Of a stretch of DNA of 64,000 bases, positions 1-13,733 are shown in pieces. Each line of letters opens with the position of its first letter. Position 1 is the stretch's first letter. This stretch comes from Mytilus trossulus (taxonomy: Eukaryota), in NCBI RefSeq assembly GCF_036588685.1, contig NC_086378.1:91140001-91204000 (forward strand), written 5' to 3'. Under the pieces are notes generated by a model that made no database searches, was not told the origin of the DNA, and saw only the letters and a program-made list of their open reading frames with translations. Made by a program: the position numbers and the translations under genes.

Positions 1-188
1 AAAAAGCTGCCTACTCAAATTCTTTTATTGTCCTGATTTTAAAGAAGTTTTTTTTAATCAAATAGGCATGAAGACTTATAAACATCTGATACTTCAATTT
101 CTTTATAAAAAAAAAAAAATGCCTACCTACCCACTGTCTCAAACTTTAGGTAGGGTTTGGGCAAATCAAAATATTTTTAAGTGTGGCC
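1..188. mobile_element. Right end of a probable PIF/Harbinger-type non-autonomous element
   Basis: Ends ...TTTTAAGTGTGGCC followed by TAA. The paralog of the flanking sequence has TAA at this point (33435 TTTAATTCTG), consistent with a TAA target. Confidence 0.4.
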
Positions 189-435
189 TAATTCTGATTT
201 TCCGTGTTGTTTAAAAACATGCATGCAAGTCAAAGGAAATATTAAACATGAAGAATATGAGAAGAACATTATAGGAAAGATGTTTAAGTTCAATCCTTTT
301 ACCTTTTAAAGCAAGACAATCATAAGAATCTGAGATGTTCTTCAATGTTTAAAATAAAACAGTTGACGTGAGGGCATGGCCCTGAGTCAATGGTATAAGT
401 CTACAGATTGCATGAAAGCAATCGTATCCCAAAAA
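189..435 (-). mobile_element. Second copy of the terminal ~245 bp of the 26091-33690 element
   Basis: Collinear with ~33436-33692 and ends in the same GCAATCGTATCCC followed by an A run. Confidence 0.8.
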
Positions 436-1673
436 TGTGAGTTAAGTACCTTTGAGTATACAGCAACTCAAGGTACAAATGGACTTCTTGATTGTTTTGT
501 ATAGTTGTATAAGGTGCCAACTTGTTTCAATACAAAACTGTTGGAAGGTGGAAAACTATGGGACAACTTCCTACATGTGTCAAGATGTCTACAATAGACG
601 TATTTACACTTGTATATAAATTTGTCTGCCATTACATAAAATCACACAGGTTCCCATAAATTTTTATATATATCATAATTCAAAACATTTGATGTCACAA
701 CTAAAAGGTGATTGTTGATTAACGTCAAAAGTTTAAGCCGCTCGGTCAGCCCTCATTAGCTATAAGGTGTATTAATTATACAACGTTATTTTATGACATA
801 AGGATTGACCCAAAGTTTGCCTTCAGTTTAGAAATTTGAGGAATGTTTACGTTATTTTCAACCTTTCAAAAATTATTTGATTCATATTTTTGGTCTTATC
901 ACCCGTTCAGAAAGAAATTTCTCTATCAACCTATTCATAAATTAATTTAAGGCTGCCGGCTGATGACACTTTTGCAAGTTCATTTATAGACTTGGGACAA
1001 AATATTGCATGTTGATATTACATATTGTATAATTCTGTGTGTGTACGTTACCTGATAAACTGAACATCCTCTGGATAATGTACTTTGTAAGAGCCTTTCT
1101 CCTCTTTTAGCGAGCACCATATATCTATGAGCCATATTTTTTTCTTATTATAAAACAGTGACTTCTATTCGCATTACGAAACATTTAACTTTTACGAAAC
1201 TAACACAGAAAATGGAATATTTCTTAAAAAATAAAGAATAAAAAATAGACCAATAGACCAGTTTAATTAAAAAATTTGAATAAAAAACTTCAATTAAATA
1301 ATTGAAACAGAATAAGTTAATAGGAGAATATTGTGTGTCCGAAACTATCTGCATCAAGACCCCGGGTCCATTCGCCCTGATTCACGTTCGCCCTAAGACC
1401 TGTTCGCCCAGGGTCTATTCGCCCCGATTTTTTTTCCTTCTTATTGTTGTCTAGTCGCTTAATTTTAAGTATTTGAACAAAATATGACAAAGTTTGTTGA
1501 ATAAATAAAGGCAACAGTAGTATACCGCTGTTCAAAACTCATAAATCCATGGACAAAAAACAAAATCGGGGTAACAAACAAAAACCGAGGAAACGCATTA
1601 AATATAAGAGGAGAACAACGACACAACACAGAAACGCAACACACACAGAAACGGACCAAGCAACAGACAAAGC

Positions 1674-3916
1674 AATACGGCTAAGGTAATCTATGCCTGG
1701 GATAAGAGAATCCTTAGTTTTTCGAAAAATTCAAAGTTTTGTAAACAGGAAATTTATAAAAAATGACATAATTGATATTCATGTCAACACCGAAGTGTTG
1801 ACTACTGGGCTGGTGATACCCTCGGGGACGAAACGTCCAACAGCAGTGGCATCGACCCAGTGGTGTAAATAGTTATCAAATGTACCAGGATTATAATTTA
1901 GTACGCCAGACGCGCGTATCGTCTTCATAAGACTCATCAGTGACGCTCATATCAAAATATTTATAAAGCCAAACTAGTACAACGTTGAAGAGCATTGAGA
2001 ATCAAAAATTCCAAAAAGTTGCGCCAAGTACGGCTAAGGTAATCTATGCCTGGGATAAGAAAATCCTTAGTTTTTCGAAAAATTCAAAGTTTTTTAAACA
2101 GGAAATTTATAAAAATTACCACATAATTGATATTCATGTCAACACCGAAGTGTTGACTACTGGGCTGGTGATACCCTCGGGGACGAAACGTCCAACAGCA
2201 GTGGCATCGACCCAGTGGTGTAAATAGTTATCAAATGTACCAGGATTATAATTTAGTACGCCAGACGCGCGTATCGTCTTCATAAGACTCATCAGTGACG
2301 CTCATATCAAAATATTTATAAAGCCAAACTAGTACAACGTTGAAGAGCATTGAGAATCAAAAATTCCAAAAAGTTGCGCCAAGTACGGCTAAGGTAATCT
2401 ATGCCTGGGATAAGAAAATCCTTAGTTTTTCGAAAAATTCAAAGTTTTTTAAACAGGAAATTTATAAAAATTACCACATAATTGATATTCATGTCAACAC
2501 CGAAGTGTTGACTACTGGGCTGGTGATACCCTCGGGGACGAAACGTCCACCAGCAGTGGCATCGACCCAGTGGTGTAAATAGTTATCAAAGGTACCAGGA
2601 TTATAATTTAGTACGCCAGACGCGCGTATCGTCTTCATAAGACTCATCAGTGACGCTCATATCAAAATATTTATAAAGCCAAACTAGTACAACGTTGAAG
2701 AGCATTGAGAATCAAAAATTCCAAAAGGTTGCGCCAAATACGGCTAAGGTAATCTATGCCTGGGATAAGAAAATCCTTAGTTTTTCGAAAAATTCAAAGT
2801 TTTTTAAACAGGAAATTTATAAAAATTACCACATAATTGATATTCATGTCAACACCGAAGTGTTGACTACTGGGCTGGTGATACCCTCGGGGACGAAACG
2901 TCCACCAGCAGTGGCATCGACCCAGTGGTGTAAATAGTTATCAAAGGTACCAGGATTATAATTTAGTACGCCAGACGCGCGTATCGTCTTCATAAGACTC
3001 ATCAGTGACGCTCATATCAAAATATTTATAAAGCCAAACTAGTACAACGTTGAAGAGCATTGAGAATCAAAAATTCCAAAAGGTTGCGCCAAATACGGCT
3101 AAGGTAATCTATGCCTGGGATAAGAAAATCCTTAGTTTTTCGAAAAATTCAAAGTTTTTTAAACAGGAAATTTATAAAAATTACCACATAATTGATATTC
3201 ATGTCAACACCGAAGTGTTGACTACTGGGCTGGTGATACCCTCGGGGACGAAACGTCCACCAGCAGTGGCATCGACCCAGTGGTGTAAATAGTTATCAAA
3301 GGTACCAGGATTATAATTTAGTACGCCAGACGCGCGTATCGTCTTCATAAGACTCATCAGTGACGCTCATATCAAAATATTTATAAAGCCAAACTAGTAC
3401 AACGTTGAAGAGCATTGAGAATCAAAAATTCCAAAAGGTTGCGCCAAATACGGCTAAGGTAATCTATGCCTGGGATAAGAAAATCCTTAGTTTTTCGAAA
3501 AATTCAAAGTTTTTTAAACAGGAAATTTATAAAAATTACCACATAATTGATATTCATGTCAACACCGAAGTGTTGACTACTGGGCTGGTGATACCCTCGG
3601 GGACGAAACGTCCACCAGCAGTGGCATCGACCCAGTGGTGTAAATAGTTATCAAAGGTACCAGGATTATAATTTAGTACGCCAGACGCGCGTATCGTCTT
3701 CATAAGACTCATCAGTGACGCTCATATCAAAATATTTATAAAGCCAAACTAGTACAACGTTGAAGAGCATTGAGGATCCAAAATTCCAAAAGGTTGCGCC
3801 AAATACGGCTAAGGTAATCTATGCCTGGGATAAGAAAATCCGTAGTTTTTCGAACAAAATCAAAGTTTTGTAAACAGGAAATTTAGAAAAATGACCACAT
3901 TATTGATATTCATGTC
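1674..3916 (+). repeat. Tandem array of a 355-bp dispersed repeat, ~6.3 near-identical units
   Basis: Exact 355-bp period (ORF-track starts 1985, 2340, 2695, 3050, 3405). Related dispersed copies at ~5150-5485 (inverted) and ~43130-43205. Confidence 0.95.
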
Positions 3917-5519
3917 ATAAATAATTATATTGCTGTTGTCCAAATATTCTAATGATTTGTATGTTATGTATATATATGAATTTATTTTTCTCTTGTTCTA
4001 CAGACAGTTTAAAGTTAGTATGAATAGTGCATTTACATAATATGTTAGAAACTGTGAGCTTTGCAATATTTGTACTGTTTGTTCTTTGTGAGGGCCTCAT
4101 GTTAGATTTATAGTGAAAGCTAATTGAGTCACCCTCTTTAAATAAAGTCATTTCTTACTAACTTACTCACTTATTGCAACTGCTGCACTCAATTTTCCCA
4201 ATCTTTATTGATATTTGTTAACAAAACAATTGTATTCAGTCAATCACGAATATATGCAGTATTTTTAAAACTGAAACTAGTCTCAGAGTATAAAAACAAA
4301 TGAACTTGTAAATGATTCGTTTCATGATTTACAGTTCGTACATCATTGTTTTGTTATTAATTTCAAGCTGAATATTTTATCAAAACAAAACATTTTATTA
4401 TTCATCAGTGATCCGAATTATTTTGTCATTGAACAATTAATGATCCTAAAGCCATAAACTTTTTAAATATTTCCATGTTTCCATAAATTTCAAGAATATA
4501 TACCATAGACATATCTGATTATAAAGTTTATTCAACTTCAACGTGTTCAGTGTTCAGTTTGGTAATGCCCTGAATACTATATGGGCGAACGAAATCTGAG
4601 AATGTTATTTTGCGTGTTTTTCATGTGTAAAACGATAAAAAGCTTAATCATTTTAATAGAAAAAGAGTAAAATAGTTCAAATATTTAAATTATATATTTA
4701 CATCATATATTTGTAGCACCTGAACCTGAACCAGAAGATCAAACTATAAAGACCTTGTTGATTAAGGATTTGATTGAATTAAGTGATTACGAGTGCCCGT
4801 GTAGCATTACCTTAGTTCACAATCATCAGACAATAGGGACAAGGCAAAAGTGCATCAGCTCGTCTCTGTAAATCAGATTGCCCTGCATATGGTCATAAGT
4901 ATGGATACTGCAACCGTGAACACCACTTTGTAAAGATTTGTAGGAGCAAGGAAAAATCAAAAAATGGCACAGCTACTGATAATACAGACAATTGTGAAGG
5001 TGCTGTTTTTGATTGACTATGTAGCATATCCAGCGATTCACATAAACTATATATATATGATAATCTGTCAGATACCTGGATCAGCAAGGCATTGCAACCA
5101 CAACCTTTCGTCAACCTTGTTTTCAGAATATTACCGGTAGATTTTGTATATATGATGAGTTTATTTACAACCACTGGGTCGACGCCACTGCTAGTGGAGA
5201 TTTATTTCCCCCGAGTGTATCACCAGCCCAGTAGTCAGCACCTCTGTGTTGACATGAGTTATCATTGGTATGTTCATAATTATAAATTTACTGTTAACAA
5301 AAATTAGAATTTTTGAAATACTAAGGCTTTTCTGCCTGATTAGAAATATATTACCTTAGCTGTATTTAGCAAAACTTTTAGGAATTTGGGTCCTCAATGC
5401 TTTTCAACTTCATACTTTATTTGCCCTGTTGGTATAAATGGTGTAAATATGAAATTTCAATCCTGGTATCTATGATGAGTTTATTTATGAAGCATTTGGT
5501 TTCAACCTGACAAAAAGAA

Positions 5520-8340
5520 CAAATACTGTTGCAAACACTGCCATGGCGGATACAGGATGTCAGAGCTGCCTTGTCGGTATCAAGGTCATCCATCAACTAG
5601 GAATAAATCAGACTGAATTAATCCCTGTCAATATAAAATGCATGCTGCCAACAACAAAGATATCACGATCATTGGTGCAACCATACTCAGCATCTCAGGC
5701 AAAGAGGATTAATGCAGACATGTCGAAATGAGACAAATGACGTATGTAGTATAATGACAACTCTGATAAGCTATTTATCAGAAAAGAAGCTTGCATTGCT
5801 CTTCGAATGATCTCCGACAGTCTTCCAAAAATTGGTCAAATTGACAATACGCAACAAACTCCCGGTACTTAGAACTCTCACAACATCACAAACAACATCA
5901 GAAGTGCATGTCATCAGCCTAGATACCACCTGTAACAGGCCTTAATGGAAGCTTCCGTCTCCAATGCAAAGGAGCTTACCTTATCCAGCAACTGAAGACA
6001 ACCTCGAGACTATTATAAATTTAATACCTTCAATACATGTGATCACCAGCCATTGCCACTGATGCATGGACCACCAATGCGATTGATGGTGGATCCCGAA
6101 GCTGAACCTGTGGCTCATCACACTCCAGTCCCAGTACCCGGCAATCTACTAGAAAGATGAAGTCAAAGCTGGTCTTCAAAACGTCCGACTTGGCGTATTG
6201 GAACCTATTCCAGTTGGGGAACCTGTCACATGGATCGATAGAATGGTCGTTTGTGCGTAAAAAAAAATGGAAAACCACGTCGCACTGTTGATTTTCAACC
6301 CTTAATGTGCATGCAACACGTGAAACACATCATACGCCTTCACCTTTTCACCAGGCTAGATCAGTACCGAATGGAAAGAGGAAAACCGTTTTTGACGCCT
6401 GGAACGGCTATTATAGTGTGTCAATTCCTGCGGAGGATCGACATCTGACTACCTTCATTACACCCTGTGCCAGAAATCGTTACAATACGGCTCAGCAAGG
6501 TTAGATAGCTTCAGGCGACGCATATACAAGACAAGATGATGAAATTGTTGCAGACATTCCGAACACAACCAGATGTGTATAAATGCCGTCCTCATATGGG
6601 CTGATTCAATTGCAGAAAAAGCATTTTCAAGCTGTACAATGGGCCAATATTGTCGTCATGGCATCACTCTTAATCACGAGACATTCACATTTGGTCAAGA
6701 TATTGTAGAATTCGCTGAATTTGAAATCACGTCCAATACTGTCCGTCCTTGCATGAAATACCTTAGAACGATTCTAGATTTTCCAACTCTTAGAAATATC
6801 AAAGATGTAATACGATCATCGGTGGTCTCGTTGTCAAGTGTCCTACGCCTTCATCATGACTGATAAGATGCTTCCCTTCACGCCATTATTGAAACCAGGA
6901 ACACCATTTTTCTGGGATGAACACATCAACAAACTGTTCGAGGAATCGAAAGCTGCTATCATAGGCGAATTAGAAGAGGACGTTCGCATCTTTGATAAAA
7001 GTAAACTGACATGTCTTGCTACAGATTGGTCAAAATCTGGTATCAAATTCTGGCTTTTTCAGAAACATTGTTCCTGCAAAGGAAGTGAACCATTCTGTTG
7101 TAACACAGGATGGCGAATAACGCTTGTCGGGAGTAGATTTACACATCCAGCTGAATCCCGTTATGCGCCAGTTGAAGGCAAAGCACTAGCCGTTGTCGAC
7201 GATTTGGACAAAGCGATATATTTTTTACTGGGATGCGACGATCTTATTAAAGCTGTTGACCATAAACCACTCCTGAAAATATTCAGTGACAGATCTTTAG
7301 AAGACAGACATTTATTCTAAAAACAGTTGTTGGCATGACACGGGTTATGTTCTTCTCATATATGTTATGATGGTATGATACTAAACCCCTAACGGGAAGG
7401 ATTGTGCCTGAGGTTCATATGATGAAATCATAATCTTTCAGTTAGTTTAATTGAAGTCTGGAGCTGGCATGTCAGTTAACTGCTAGTAGTCTGTTGTTAT
7501 TTATGTATTATTGTCATTTTGTTTATTTTCTTTGGTTACATCTTCTGACATCAGACTCGGACTTCTCTTGGACTGAATTTTAATGTGCGTATTGTTATGC
7601 GTTTATTTTTCTACATTGGTTAGAGGTATAGGGGGAGGGTTGAGATATCACAAACATGTTTAACCCCGCCGCATTTTTGCGCCTGTCCCAAGTCAGGAGC
7701 CTCTGGCCTTTGTTAGTCTTGTATTATTTTTATATTAGTTTCTTGTGTACAATTTGGAAATTAGTATGGCGTTCATTATCACTGAACTTGTATATATTTG
7801 TTTAGGGGCCAGCTGAAGGACGCCCCCGGGGGCGGGAATTTCTCGCTACATTGAAGACCTGTTGGTGACCTTCTGTTGTTGTTTTTTATTTGGTCGGGTT
7901 GTTGTCTCTTTGACACATTCCCCATTTCCATTCTCAATTTTATCTCGAACTCACGCCTTCGAAATTTGAAAGAGAACACTTATGCTGCTGACGGTATGAT
8001 AAAGCAGCCATCAAGAATAGTACAATAGTACAATGTCGTTGCCACCCGTCACATATTTTTTGTCAGAAGTACATCATGCAGAATAAGATTTAGAATCGGA
8101 TGCTAATGAAAAAGATAATAGTGTCTTTATGTCAGCCGTATCTCGCTTGATGTCTAAACCGTTACTTGGGATAGAGTTCGTACCGCTACAGCAAGGGACG
8201 ACAATATGAATGAACTTTACAATATTGATGGTGTTATAATATACAAGGACATAATCATCATTCCCCCAGCCTCCGATATGAAGTGTTGTCTGCTTTACAT
8301 GCAGCACTCCATAGAGTTACAGGAACCAAAATCTTATGGG
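5520..8340 (+). pseudogene. Degenerate Ty3/Gypsy LTR retrotransposon pol (protease-RT-RNase H-start of integrase)
   Basis: Protease motif AMADTGCQSCL; RT fragments DAWNGYYSV and TTFITP; RNase H fragments LATDWSKSG, ESRYAPVEG and VDHKPLLKIF; later NELYNIDGVIIYKDIIIIPP. Many frameshifts and stops; no LTRs recognised. Confidence 0.85.
7311..7942. mobile_element. ~630-bp interspersed repeat inserted in the Gypsy pol
   Basis: The pol frame breaks at ...DRSLED and resumes at TCGAACTCACGCCTTCGAAATTTGAAAGAG (SNSRLRNLKE). The motif GTCCCAAGTCAGGAGCCTCTGGCC recurs at ~51204. Confidence 0.75.
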
Positions 8341-8539
8341 GAGATAGAGGGTTATAATTGCCTATGTACATTTGCTACTTATAACTATGGACTGAACTGT
8401 GCCTATTAATGCTAAAAATGTTTTATGTTTTATTACAGATGACCGTGGTCATTGTTCAACAAAAAAGACATGAGTGAATAAAAAGACATTGTTCTTATTT
8501 TTTTAGGACATTTGAACACTTGTAAACTACTGTTGCCTT

Positions 8540-9402
8540 ATTGGTTTTATTCCATTCAGAGCTCCTCTAGAGGAAGCATTTGTATGTTTTTCTCGTAGTG
8601 TCTTACTAAGTCCCCTGCTGGCGGCCATCTGGGATGATGGTTAGACTATGAAGAAACAACACTTGGTCAGCACCTCATTACGAACATTCATACCATGCTT
8701 GGTTTCATTTTATATGATGGTTATCTAGAAGAACACATTTGTAATTTCCGATAGGATCTTATGTTGAACTTACTCCTCCTGTTGGCAACTCTTTGATAAC
8801 AAATCAGCTACAAAGTAACAACTTTTGGTCAGCACCTCAAAATAAACATTAATGCCATGTTTTTTTTTAATTCCATTTAGTGGTCCTCTAAAAGAAGTCA
8901 TTTGTATGCGTTGTCCATAGGCCAGCACCTCATAAGGAACATTCATGCCATGTTTTATTTCATTCAATTTAGTGGTCGTCTAAAAGAAGAATTTGTATGT
9001 ATTTCCCCATAGGGTACTTTGTTAAACCAATTCCCTCTCTAGCGGCCATCTTGGATCATGGATTGGGTTCAAATTAACAACACTTATTCAGCACACATGC
9101 CATGTTTTTTTGGTTTCAATCCATTTAGTGATTCCATAAAAGAAGACATTTGTATGTATTGACCCTCTGTATTGTTCAAAGGTTTCTATGTTGAATGAAG
9201 TCCCCTGCTGAATGCCATCTTGGATGATGGATCAGTAAAAACATACAACATTTGGTGAGCACCTTATAAGGATCATTCATGCCATTTTTGGCATTATTCT
9301 ATTCAGTTTACTCTAGAAGTTCGAAATGTAAAAAAGTTAAAAACGATGACGGACGTCGAGGGATGAGAAAGACTTAGCCCTTCGGGCCAGATGTAATAAA
9401 AA
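8540..9402 (-). mobile_element. Degenerate HINE-like element with internal tandem units
   Basis: Repeated GCCATCTTGGAT and CAGCACCTCAT units, GACG microsatellite remnant and a terminal palindrome near 9378. Confidence 0.5.
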
Positions 9403-10189
9403 GGAGATAGGGTATGTGGTTTAAATAAGACGAGGTACTTGTTGGGAGATATTGTAAGTCGTAGTTGTTAGGTTGTTACATGTTGTACTATGTAGAAGTT
9501 GGTTTTTCTTTTCAGGTAAGTGGACTAATATTTTGATGTCAATAAAAAAAGTTAGTATTTACGAACCTGGGTTGGCTATCAAAATAACTCTTATTATTTT
9601 GATAAAAAAAAATCCCTTGCGTTTAAAACTTTGCAATGGACAGACAACGAATGTCATTTAAGGGAGAAACCATTCAGTAACTTCAAAAGAAGAGGGGGTG
9701 TCAGAAACATAAGCTGTCAGAGGTAAAACCATGAACAGTTGAGCAAGTATGGACATTACCTTTGAAACAGCTCTGAATTTGGTTTGTCATAGAATATTTG
9801 ACACAGTATAGGTTTGTGACACGAAATGAATGTGGTCAAAGAACTAAAAATTGCAAATCATTTACCTTTTTAAGTTCAATACCTAAAATCAAAGTACATT
9901 GTTCGAATCAGCACATTCTGATATAATCAAACAAAAGGTTAAGACCCTTTGGACTTCTGTGTGAACCTATTTTAAAAAGGAGCCCACAATCCCAAATCTC
10001 TAAATACAGGGTTAGATTCTTCATTTCAAAGAACCCCATAAAATCATTTTTAGTTAAATAAAACATAGTTTAATTTTGGACCCTTATTGGGACCAACTTA
10101 AAAATTGGGCCTAAAAATCTAATATTTAAATACAGGTTTAGCTTCACCATTTGAAAGAACCCTAGATATATTTTCTTTATGTTGAAATG

Positions 10190-10279
10190 CATCTTCGCTA
10201 GACAAGGGTTATGTTCCACTCCCGTTCTCTTCACGTGAAGAGAACGGGAGTGGATCGTAACCCGTGGCTATCGAAGATG
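10190..10279. mobile_element. 90-bp palindromic MITE with 9-bp TSD (Mutator-like)
   Basis: GTTGAAATG on both sides (10181-10189, 10280-10288); CATCTTCG...CGAAGATG ends; perfect 40-bp palindrome at 10215-10254. Confidence 0.85.
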
Positions 10280-10348
10280 GTTGAAATGAAGCACAGATTA
10301 TATTGATAGATAACATTTGCTGTTTTAAGAGTTTAACTTAAACTGAGT

Positions 10349-11420
10349 AAACTAGTCATCAATAAGATGGGAGCCATCTCTGTGGACCCCACTTTGAATA
10401 ATTTTGGTTAAAAAATTTGTAAATTTACCATACAACATTAGATTGTCAACTGAAACCAAAATTTTTGACCTTGACCTTTGACCTACGAATTCGTACGTAC
10501 ATTATGACAACCCCTCTGGTGTTGGTTAATATACATGTCAAGTATCAACTTTGAAATTATAACAGTCCCCAAGATACAGAGCAGACACGATCTTTACCAT
10601 AGGACATGGGGTTGTCAACTGAAACCAAAGTTTTCGACCTTGACCTTTGACCTAGGAATTTGTACATTCATTATGACATATTCTCTGGTGTTGGTTTATT
10701 AATGTGTAGAGTATAAACTTTGAAATGAAAACGGTTCACAAGATATAGAGTAGACACGACCTTTACCTTAGGGAATTGGGTTGTCAAATGAGACCTAAGT
10801 GTTTTACCATAACCTTTGACCTAGGAAGTTGTACATACATTCTTACACACCCTCATTTGTTGGTCAATATAACTTTGAAACCAAAATCTTTCACAAGATA
10901 TAGAGCAGACACGATCTTTACCATAGGACATTGGGTTGTCAACTGTAACCAAAGTTTTTGACCTTGACCTTCGACCTATAAATTTGTACATTCATTATAA
11001 CACACTCTCTGGTGTTGGTTAATATATGTGTCAAGTATAAACTTTGAAATCATAATGGTTGACAAGATATAGAGCAGACATGATCTTTCCAATTGACATT
11101 GGGTTGTTAACTGAAACCAAAGTTTTGTACCTTGACCTTTGACCTAGGAAGTTGTAAATACATTGTGACACACCCTCAGGTGTTTGTTAATATACGTATC
11201 AAGTATAAACTTTGAAATCATAATGGTTCTCAAGATACAAAGCAGACACGATCTTCAACGTAGGACATGGGGTTGTTAACTGGAATTTTTTTTTTGACCT
11301 TGACCTTTGACCTAGGAAGTTGGACATACATTATATCAAACCCTCTGGTGTTGGTTAATATAAAAGTCAAGTATAAACTTCGAAAGCATGATGGTTCTGT
11401 AGATTTAGGGCAGACATATT
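10349..11420 (-). mobile_element. Truncated HINE with ~170-bp central tandem repeats
   Basis: Terminal hairpin AGATGGGAGCCATCT next to GTGGACCCC; repeated GACCTTGACCTTTGACCTAGGAA units; same family as 12509-13620. Confidence 0.7.
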
Positions 11421-11455
11421 TCTTTACGCACTTACAGGATGTTATATATATATAT

Positions 11456-12403
11456 ATGTAGGACTTGGAGGTGTGATGGGGACGCTGAAGTCCAATGGTC
11501 AGGCTGAAGTGCGATGTTGCTTTCGCTGAAGTGCGATGGTTTTACATGACCTTCGAAATACTGTGACGTTTTCCAATATAACTTTTAAATACAACATTGA
11601 AACTTGAACTTTGTCAGCAAATGGGCTATACAGTGTTCGGAATTATGCTGCAAAGTTATTGCACAATAAATGCAACTGAAATAAAGTATACTGATATATT
11701 TTAAATATTAACGTTAGTTTATCTTTAAGTAAGCTTCATGTGGTTTTATGTGGAAAATTATCAATGTTTTGTTAATCAAGTTAATAATCTTGTTAAATTA
11801 CGAGATAAATCTTGATTTGTTAGAACATCGTCGCTCTAGTCTTATTTTATTGTGGTTACAGCGTTAATTGTCTGCAATATGGTAGGCCGAAATTAAATTG
11901 ACTGCTTTCTACGTGTACTTCCTAAACTAATACATGGGAATAATTGTTTTGATCAATTTCGAAGTTTTGTCGTAGCATTTGATATTCTGAAATGAACCCT
12001 GATAAATTTTATCATAGAGGCATACTCGTTTAGCCCTCAAACACCCTATATACACCCTATACACATATCGGACTCTTTATTACTGTGTGCTAATAAGATA
12101 GTTGGCAAATTTGAAATTACATAAAAAAAATCAAAATTTAAAGTCTTTGGTTTGATTTGAACAAAAATTAAAAGATCTTTCAAATGCTAGCAGCCACTTT
12201 TGTCAAATCCTAATAATGTGATTTGAATTTAGCAGCTCATGTATAGTTTGCTTTTGTCTCAATGTCACAGGTAGACCATTGCACTTTAGCGTATATATCA
12301 ACAAGTTAACGTCACATTGTCACCATTGCACTTCAGCGTGGATGATCACACTTCAGAGTGACCATCGCGGTTCGGAGAACCATCAGGGTTCAGAGTCCTA
12401 CAT
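11456..12403. mobile_element. MITE with short TIRs and subterminal repeats in a TA context
   Basis: TATGTAGGACT...AGTCCTACATA ends; repeated GCTGAAGTGCGATG on the left and CATTGCACTTCAGC-like copies on the right. Confidence 0.7.
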
Positions 12404-12508
12404 ATATTTCTATTTTCAAATAATATCAATAAAATTAGATAAATTTAACCTCTAAATCATTGTTAGAAACAGCAAATGAAAGAACCCATTGAATTCAATA
12501 TTTGAATA

Positions 12509-13620
12509 AACTAGATACCATTGAGATGGGAGCCATCTCTGTGGGCCCCGCTGTCAATAACGTGGGGTAAATAAGTTGTATGGATAATCTGATATGAAGC
12601 ATTATTTGAAGTTATTACATAGTCTCATGTGTGATTTTATTCTAAGAAAATGTTTGTCAGGTATAAAGTATGAAATAATAACAGCTGTCCTCTCAAAATA
12701 TAGTGTGGATCAAATTTGTTAGCGATGGACAGACCAACCTTTGACCTAGGAAGTTGTACATACATCATGACACACCCTCTGGTGTTGGTTAAAATGGATG
12801 TCAAGTATAATATTTGAAATCATAACAGTTCTCAAGATATGGAGCGGACACGATCTTCACCACAGGACACAGGGTTGTCAACTGAAACCAAAGTTAACCT
12901 TGACCTTTGACCTAGGAAGTTGTACATACATCATGACACACCCTCTGGTGTTGGTTAAAATGGATGTCAAGTATAAACTTTGAAATCATAACGGTTATCT
13001 AGATATGGAGCGGACACGATCTTCACCACAGGACACGGGGTTGTCAACTGAAACCAAAGTTTTTGACCTTGACCTTTGACCTAGGAAGTTGTACATACAT
13101 CATGACACACCCTCTGGTGTTGGTTAATAAACATGTTAAGTATTAAGTATAAAATCATAACGGTAATCTAGATATGGAGCGGACACGATCTTCACCACAG
13201 GACATGGGGTTGTCCGCAACTGAAACCAAAGTTTTTGACCTTGACCTTTGACCTAGGAAGTTGTACATACATCATGACACACCCTCTGGTGTTGGTTAAA
13301 ATGGATGCCAAGTATAAACTTTGAAATCATAACGGTTCTCAAGATATAGAGCGGACACGATCTTCACCACAGGACACAGGGTTGTCAACTGAAACCAAAG
13401 TTTTTTTACCTTGACCTTTGTACTAGGAAGCTGTACATACATCATGACACGCCCTCTGGTGGTGGTTAATAAACATGTAAAGTATAAAGTATGAAATCAT
13501 AATGGGTCTCTAGATATGGAGCGGACACAAAGTTAAAGTGTTACGGACGGATGGACGGATGGACAGACGGACAGACTGATCACTATAGGGCGACCCGCCT
13601 AAAGGCGGAGCCCTAATTAA
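12509..13620 (-). mobile_element. Complete HINE (non-autonomous Helentron, DINE-1-like architecture)
   Basis: On -: TT, subTIR AGGGCTCCGC with adjacent stem-loop, (GTCY)n microsatellite, ~170-bp tandem core, second subTIR GCGGGGCCCAC, hairpin GAGATGGCTCCCATCTC, CTAGTT. Confidence 0.85.
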
Positions 13621-13733
13621 ACCAAACTCAAAAATCTAAATAATATATGTTTGTTAATAGACAATAAGAGTTTAATTTTTAAAGGAGTTTTCTTCAGCAT
13701 TTAGAAAATTTGTTTTTACAGAATCACAAACAA

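Noticed and set aside
1985-3647. Five near-identical 80-aa ORFs
   Set aside because: TTG starts, produced by the 355-bp repeat, no recognisable domain
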